Shown here in pieces: positions 7,180 to 12,109 of a stretch of DNA of 12,109 nt. The stretch is from Candidatus Hodarchaeota archaeon (GTDB lineage Archaea > Asgardarchaeota > Lokiarchaeia > Sigyniarchaeales > SOKP01). A program made the translations under genes and the position numbers. A model generated the notes under the pieces. That model saw only the letters and a list, made by a program, of their open reading frames with translations. It did not search any database and was not told where the DNA came from. Every line of letters begins with the position of its first letter. The first letter of the stretch is position 1. The stretch covers positions 1-12,109 of the forward strand of contig JBHLJY010000039.1 in NCBI GenBank assembly GCA_048887225.1. Direction: 5' to 3'.

Positions 7180-7380
7180 ATGTCAAGAGAACCTCCTAAT
7201 TGTTTCATCTGTGGCAGTAACTATGTAGATTCAGTCGATCGTCTTCATTATTGCATATGTGATGTAACAATTTGCGATAAATGCATAAATTCAGTTAAAA
7301 AGAGCGAGCTTGCATGGATTTGCCCAAAATGTAAAACAGAAAACGATACAGAAAAAAGTAGATTATTTCATATGAAATAA
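7180..7380 (+). CDS. Stand-alone C4C4 cross-brace zinc finger, RING-like (Not4/CNOT4-type spacing); candidate minimal E3 ligase module
   Basis: Cys at 8, 11, 25, 27, 32, 35, 48 and 51 gives C-x2-C-x13-C-x-C-x4-C-x2-C-x12-C-x2-C. RING-type CxIC and CPxCK ends. Confidence 0.8.
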   Translation: MSREPPNCFICGSNYVDSVDRLHYCICDVTICDKCINSVKKSELAWICPKCKTENDTEKSRLFHMK

Positions 7381-7472
7381 CACATTTAAAATTAATTCTT
7401 TCTATTTCTTATATAAGCTAACTTATAAAGTAATAAAATCCTTAATTTAAATGAAAAAGACTTAGGCTTATC

Positions 7473-7979
7473 ATGACAGCAAAAGTTATTTCAAAAGTTT
7501 TGGAAATAAATAATTGTAATAAAGATCTCTTACTGAAATCTATTTACAAATCAAAAATTTGGGAGGAAATTAGTCCAGTTTCAAAGATGGAAGCAAAATT
7601 TGTAGCTCCAAACGTAATGTACACTTATATAATCGATGAAATTAAGCTCACCATTGGAGATTTTTTAAAAGTTCCAATTGAAATGGAAGGTGAATTGGTA
7701 TTAATCGATAAAGGGGAACAAGAAGGTAAAGGACGATTGATTGAATTTAATATTCGAAAAAACAAGGATATTACTAAATTAGAGGGAAATATTCGGATTA
7801 GAGCTCTTTCGAATAATAAAACGAAAGTAGGAGTCTTTATTCATAATTTTTCGTTAAGTAACAATTTTTTTAGTTTGTTTGGAAGTGCTGCTGAACTGAT
7901 TTTACGGACAAAGATAACAGGAATTTTAAGAAATTTAGAGAAATGTTGTAAAACGAAAGATTTAAAGTGTTTTATATAG
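7473..7979 (+). CDS. Hypothetical protein, probable SRPBCC/START (Bet v1/CoxG-like helix-grip) fold
   Basis: 168 aa. N-terminal strand, then short helices ending in WEEISP (CoxG-like 'W...P'), several amphipathic strands (IEMEGELVLI, RLIEFNIR, KLEGNIRIR, TKVGVFI) and a long C-terminal amphipathic helix (AAELILRTKITGILRNLEKCC). The fold call is pattern-based. Confidence 0.55.
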   Translation: MTAKVISKVLEINNCNKDLLLKSIYKSKIWEEISPVSKMEAKFVAPNVMYTYIIDEIKLTIGDFLKVPIEMEGELVLIDKGEQEGKGRLIEFNIRKNKDITKLEGNIRIRALSNNKTKVGVFIHNFSLSNNFFSLFGSAAELILRTKITGILRNLEKCCKTKDLKCFI

Positions 7980-8079
7980 TTAACAAATTATTCTATTTTT
8001 TACCAAGAAATATATTAGGATATAAAAAACTTACAACACTTGAAAAACATACAAATAATTGATATACATTCCATTAATC

Positions 8080-8084
8080 GAGGT
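8080..8084 (+). promoter_or_regulatory. Shine-Dalgarno-like GAGGT upstream of the longin-like gene
   Basis: gaggt ends 6 nt before ATG 8091 in an otherwise AT-rich spacer. Confidence 0.4.
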
Positions 8085-8090
8085 TAAAAA

Positions 8091-8939
8091 ATGAATATAT
8101 GGATAGTAGATTCGGATTCAGGAGTGACATTACTCTACAAACCGTATATTGATTTAGCCGTTGATGAGGATCTTGTCTCGGGATTGCTGACAGCATTAAA
8201 TCAACTAACTATGGTGGAATTCAGGGGGCAAGGGATCGAATCAATTGATATGGGAGGGCTACGCTGGGTGTATGTTTTGGAGAAAGAAGTACATTTATTA
8301 TTTATAGCAGCAGCAAATAAAGACGAAAAAGCAGAGATGCTTAGAGCCCGGTTAAACGTTATAAAACAATCATTTTTTCAAGAATATGTAAAAGATAAGG
8401 ATTATTGGGAGAAGACTTGGACTGGAGATATCGACATGTTTAAGCCATTTAAAAATACAATAGATGAATATTATCAAAATTGGCTTGCGGCTGAAAGTGT
8501 GACTACTCTAGCTGAGTTTTTCGATATTCTTGGTGTGTTCCAACAAATTTTTTTTGATATTCTTTCTGTCATCCAACATCAGCTAGCTGAGCTTCCAAAA
8601 AAGAGTATTTTAACTAAAATGGAAAAATTATTTGAAACTTATAGAAATAGTGATTATATAAAAAACAATCCTGAGTTAGAAAAAATTACTTTTTCTCGTG
8701 ATTCAGGGATTAATATAATTACCATTAATCCTAATAAATGTGATACGATGGTTGTAGAAAAACAAGTTATAAATTTAATGAGAAGGTTAGTAAATATGAT
8801 TAAAGACGAAATAGGACATGAAGACAGCCTTAAGTATTTTGTACAAGAGGGGGTGTTTGATTATATTTTAAACAATATATCACTTTTAAATCAACTTAAT
8901 TTAGATAGATTCTTATTAAAACTTTTTCTACAAGAATAA
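8091..8939 (+). CDS. Longin-like domain protein (N-terminal about 130 aa) with an uncharacterised, mostly helical C-terminal domain
   Basis: NIWIVDSDSGVTLLYKPY (beta hairpin with the typical SG turn), DEDLVSGLLTALNQL (helix), IESIDMGGLRWVYV and LLFIAAA (three strands), then two helices (MLRARLNVIKQSFFQEY; FKPFKNTIDEY). This is the bb-a-bbb-aa longin topology common in Asgard archaea. Confidence 0.75.
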   Translation: MNIWIVDSDSGVTLLYKPYIDLAVDEDLVSGLLTALNQLTMVEFRGQGIESIDMGGLRWVYVLEKEVHLLFIAAANKDEKAEMLRARLNVIKQSFFQEYVKDKDYWEKTWTGDIDMFKPFKNTIDEYYQNWLAAESVTTLAEFFDILGVFQQIFFDILSVIQHQLAELPKKSILTKMEKLFETYRNSDYIKNNPELEKITFSRDSGINIITINPNKCDTMVVEKQVINLMRRLVNMIKDEIGHEDSLKYFVQEGVFDYILNNISLLNQLNLDRFLLKLFLQE

Positions 8940-9096
8940 TTATTACATATTAGCTGATAAAACGTTTTAAACTTATAGATTAACCCAATTCATCAAAACT
9001 ATTTCTTTATTAATCCATTTGGCGCTAATATTATCTTATTTTAATTTTGATTAGATTTATTAAAAGATATTTATTTATATAATTAATTAAAGTCTA

Positions 9097-10410
9097 ATGA
9101 AAACTTTAAAAATGTTGAATCCTCCCCTTCTGTTATTTATTTTTATAATTTTTATTTTAATTATCGTAAGCTACTCGTTAAAAGACCTAGATTTCGTCGC
9201 AATTTCGCTATTTTTGATGTTCATTTGTGCGGCGGTTACAGGAATCATTAGAAGGATTGGAATAGAAGTTTTTATTATGTTTGTTGAGTGGCAGGCGATA
9301 ATTATCATATTAAGCATGAGTATAATAACAAAAATCGCTCAAGATTCTAATATTCTTGAGTATGTTGCTGTTAAGCTCTTTAAAATTTCTAAAGGGAATC
9401 AAAGAACTTTTTTTTGGCTTCTATGTATAATAGCAACTCTTTTGGCGGCTATCATCAGCGACGTTGTAGTTGTTCTTATATTAGCTCCTATTGTAATTCG
9501 ACTATGTAATTTTCTAAAAATAAGAGCTGGGACTTATTTAATGGGTATGACAATTTGTATAAATATCGGTTCTATAATCACACCATTCTCATCAGGAGAG
9601 AATATTATTATCTCTACTGCTTTTGGATTGGATACCCTTTTTTTTATTATAAACTATTGGGCTTTCTCTTTTGGATTATTATTCTTAACTATATTTTTAA
9701 TAGACAGATTTATTTTAAGTAAGGAGCCAAAAATAGAAGATATGCAAAGAAAATTTGTTTTGGAATTAATTAATACAGATGTTATGGTCAAAAACAAGAA
9801 AATGTTTTATATTAATTCAATAGCAATAATTATTACTATTGTTTTATTTGCTGTGCTACCTTTACTTTATTTAACCGCAGCGGTGTCTGCATTAATACTC
9901 GTTCTTATAAATAAAAAATTCACTAAAAAAGAAATGAGCGGGCTTTTAAAAGATATAGAATGGGAAATTATTTTCTTTTTTATTGCTTTATATATTGTTA
10001 TTGGATGCTTAATTGAAGCGGGATTTAGAGATTTAATTAGAATGTTTCCATTCGAAAAGCTCGATACTTTTTTACTGTGTTTGATTATTCTTCTAGCCGT
10101 AAGTTTGTTATCTGGAATTGTAGCAAACACGCCAACGGCTTTAATTTTTATACCAATCGTAGATACATTAATATTATTAGGTTTTCCACCCATTCCGCTT
10201 TTATTTGCGTTAATTATTGGTGTCAATCTTGGAGGTAATTTTTTACCTCAAGGGGCGGCATGTGATATGATGACGTTAAAAATTGCACAGGATTCAGGAG
10301 TCGAAAACTTTTCATTTAAGCGATTATTAAAAACAGGAGGATCTTTTGCATTAATTCATCTTGCCATTGCAATTTTATATCTATATATACTAGTTCTAAT
10401 ATTTAGCTAA
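9097..10410 (+). CDS. Ion transporter (IT) superfamily permease, ArsB/NhaD/SLC13/P-protein-like
   Basis: 437 aa, highly hydrophobic, with an internal two-fold repeat: VEWQAIIIILSM / IEWEIIFFFIALY and NIGSIITPFSSGENIII / NLGGNFLPQGAACDMM. Confidence 0.85.
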   Translation: MKTLKMLNPPLLLFIFIIFILIIVSYSLKDLDFVAISLFLMFICAAVTGIIRRIGIEVFIMFVEWQAIIIILSMSIITKIAQDSNILEYVAVKLFKISKGNQRTFFWLLCIIATLLAAIISDVVVVLILAPIVIRLCNFLKIRAGTYLMGMTICINIGSIITPFSSGENIIISTAFGLDTLFFIINYWAFSFGLLFLTIFLIDRFILSKEPKIEDMQRKFVLELINTDVMVKNKKMFYINSIAIIITIVLFAVLPLLYLTAAVSALILVLINKKFTKKEMSGLLKDIEWEIIFFFIALYIVIGCLIEAGFRDLIRMFPFEKLDTFLLCLIILLAVSLLSGIVANTPTALIFIPIVDTLILLGFPPIPLLFALIIGVNLGGNFLPQGAACDMMTLKIAQDSGVENFSFKRLLKTGGSFALIHLAIAILYLYILVLIFS

Positions 10411-10507
10411 TGGTAATCTAAAACCAATAGATTAAAAAGTTATAAGTTTAAAAATTTTTAATTATAATTTATCATTTCAATATATAAAAAAATTGGAAAG
10501 AGTTTAA

Positions 10508-11863
10508 ATGTATAAACATAGTGTTTCAATCTTAGGAACTGGTTTTATTGGGTTATGTTCTGCGGCATGCTTTGCTCAGAAGGATATTAAAGTTTTAGCC
10601 TCGACTCACAATGAAAAGAAAGCTAGTATAATAAATGATTTCAAGTCTCCTTTTTTTGAAGAGGGCTTAGCCGAGATGCTAACTGAAATAAAGGAACAAA
10701 AGCCGGAACTTCTGAAATGTTTAACTGATCCTATAAAAGCCGTTTTAGAAACAGATATTTCAATGATTACACAAGGAACACCAATGCGACCTGATAAATC
10801 AATCAATTTAGGTTTTATCGAAAGTACTGCGAAAGAAATAGGTGAAGCCTTAAAAAAAAGTGATAAATATCGCTTAATTGTTGTAAGATCCACAGTAGTT
10901 CCGGGAACTACAAGGAATTTAGTAGGTAAAACTATCACTGAAGTTTCAGGAAAGGAACCCGGTAAAGATTTTGGATTGTGTATGCAACCTGAATTCCTTG
11001 CCGAAGGAAGAAGTTTAGAGGATACACTTTATCCAGACAGAATAATTATTGGTTCAATAGACGAGAAAAGTGGAGCAATGCTTCAAGAATTTTATGAATA
11101 TTTCTACGGAGATCATTTAAAAAACTGTCCAATCAAACGAATGAATTTGGAAAGTGCTGAATTAGTTAAATATGGAAATAATTGTCTATTAGCAACGAAA
11201 ATATCATACGCTAATGAATTTGCAAATTTTGCGGAATTAGTTCCCAATGTTGATGTTGTTCAGGTTATGGAAGGCGTAGGCTTAGATTATAGAATCAACC
11301 ATAGATTTCTTGGTGCGGGCGTAGGTTTTGGAGGTGCGTGTTTTCATAAAGATGTAAATGCTATTACTAAATGGTCAAGATCTATGGGATATACATCTAA
11401 ACTATTAGAAGCCGTTCTAGAAAGAAATGATCTTAGAGCAATTCGCATTGTTGATATTGCAGAAGGATTAATGGGTAAATTAGCGGGTAAAAAAATAACT
11501 TTACTTGGTCTTTCCTTTAAACCGGGTACTGATGATATGAGGGAAGCTCCAAGCATTAGAGTTGTTAATGAATTATTAAAAAGGAAGGTCACCGACATCG
11601 TGGGATATGATCCTAAAGCTAAAGAATCCGCAGAAGAAGCCTTTGGAGATAAAATAAAATATGCGGAGTCCATTGAAGAAGCATTAAAGCATTCCGAATG
11701 TGCTCTTTTAATAACCGATTGGGATGAATTTAAGAAGCTAACTCCCGAAGATTTTAAAAAAAACATGAAGACTCCAAATCTCATTGATGGAAGGAGAATT
11801 TATAACTACGATGAATTTAATAAAGCTTTAAATTTCAGAGCAATAGGGCGGGTAAACTTATAA
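10508..11863 (+). CDS. ugd: UDP-glucose/GDP-mannose dehydrogenase family nucleotide-sugar 6-dehydrogenase
   Basis: Rossmann GTGFIG, GTP, RSTVVPGTT, PEFLAEG, SAELVKY...KISYANE, catalytic GFGGACFHKD (Cys278), GLSFKPGTDDMREAPS and LIDGR. Confidence 0.92.
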   Translation: MYKHSVSILGTGFIGLCSAACFAQKDIKVLASTHNEKKASIINDFKSPFFEEGLAEMLTEIKEQKPELLKCLTDPIKAVLETDISMITQGTPMRPDKSINLGFIESTAKEIGEALKKSDKYRLIVVRSTVVPGTTRNLVGKTITEVSGKEPGKDFGLCMQPEFLAEGRSLEDTLYPDRIIIGSIDEKSGAMLQEFYEYFYGDHLKNCPIKRMNLESAELVKYGNNCLLATKISYANEFANFAELVPNVDVVQVMEGVGLDYRINHRFLGAGVGFGGACFHKDVNAITKWSRSMGYTSKLLEAVLERNDLRAIRIVDIAEGLMGKLAGKKITLLGLSFKPGTDDMREAPSIRVVNELLKRKVTDIVGYDPKAKESAEEAFGDKIKYAESIEEALKHSECALLITDWDEFKKLTPEDFKKNMKTPNLIDGRRIYNYDEFNKALNFRAIGRVNL

Positions 11864-11890
11864 AAATAACTATTTAATATTGATCCGTGA

Positions 11891-11904
11891 TTTTCTTTTT
11901 CTTT
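11891..11904 (+). terminator. Possible oligo(T) terminator between convergent ugd and gdh
   Basis: ttttctttttcttt lies in the 42-nt gap between the two stop codons. Confidence 0.35.
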
Positions 11905-11905
11905 A

Positions 11906-12109
11906 TTATGGATAATGACCTCTTAATTTGATTGCATCAGCAACACCAGTAACAGCAATAATATATGCTGCAAGTCTGAGTGAAACTTTTCTTTGTTGAG
12001 AGAGTTGATATACTTCTTCAAAGGTTTTTAAGAGAACTCTTTTAAGTTCTTTATTGATTCTCTCTAAATCCCAGAAATAAGCGTTTATATCTTGAACATA
12101 TTCAAAATA
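11906..12109 (-). CDS. gdhA: Glu/Leu/Phe/Val dehydrogenase (glutamate dehydrogenase), C-terminal 67 aa; the 5' part is outside the window
   Basis: My translation: YFEYVQDINAYFWDLERINKELKRVLLKTFEEVYQLSQQRKVSLRLAAYIIAVTGVADAIKLRGHYP*. This matches the GDH C-terminus pattern YFEWVQ...YxW..EEVN..L...M...F..V........SLR.AAY..AV..VA.A...RG. Not in the ORF track. Confidence 0.9.
   Translation of the reverse strand, partial: YFEYVQDINAYFWDLERINKELKRVLLKTFEEVYQLSQQRKVSLRLAAYIIAVTGVADAIKLRGHYP

Noticed and set aside
9867-10226. 119-aa antisense ORF
   Set aside because: Shadow of the permease TM codons.
10434-10488. Candidate BRE/TATA boxes (aaaaagttataag, tatataaa), and similar motifs in other spacers
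   Set aside because: The spacers are so AT-rich that several TATA-like words occur in each; none can be singled out without TSS data.
10606-11784. 110-aa and 146-aa antisense ORFs
   Set aside because: Both lie inside the well-conserved dehydrogenase gene and have no motifs.
1-12109. Mobile element, provirus, defence system or structural RNA gene
   Set aside because: There are no transposase, integrase, nuclease or capsid motifs, no terminal repeats and no GC-rich structured island; composition looks uniform outside the coding repeat.

Overview
AT-rich chromosomal window, most consistent with an Asgard archaeon (Lokiarchaeia-like). This is inferred from the longin-like protein, the stand-alone RING-like protein, TTG starts and gene style, not from a marker gene. 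Left to right: (1) the 3' end of a gene missing from the ORF track, made of 19 in-frame 24-bp tandem repeats ([P/H]EI[T/R]EPE[P/L]) and a basic helical tail; (2) a co-directional HAD phosphatase, GH38 alpha-mannosidase and GPH-family MFS transporter; (3) a convergent ornithine carbamoyltransferase (argF); (4) a small two-TM protein with a possible overlapping or frameshifted 38-codon basic ORF; (5) a divergent run of genes with eukaryote-like folds: a 66-aa C4C4 zinc finger spaced almost exactly like the Not4/CNOT4 RING, a probable SRPBCC/START-fold protein and a longin-like protein; (6) an ArsB/NhaD/P-protein-type permease; (7) a UDP-glucose/GDP-mannose dehydrogenase lacking the NAD-selecting Asp; (8) the convergent 3' end of a glutamate dehydrogenase. 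No rRNA, tRNA, CRISPR array or mobile element was seen. The best candidate for new biology is the RING-like / START-like / longin-like neighbourhood (7180-8939). All family calls come from motif recognition by eye, not database searches.
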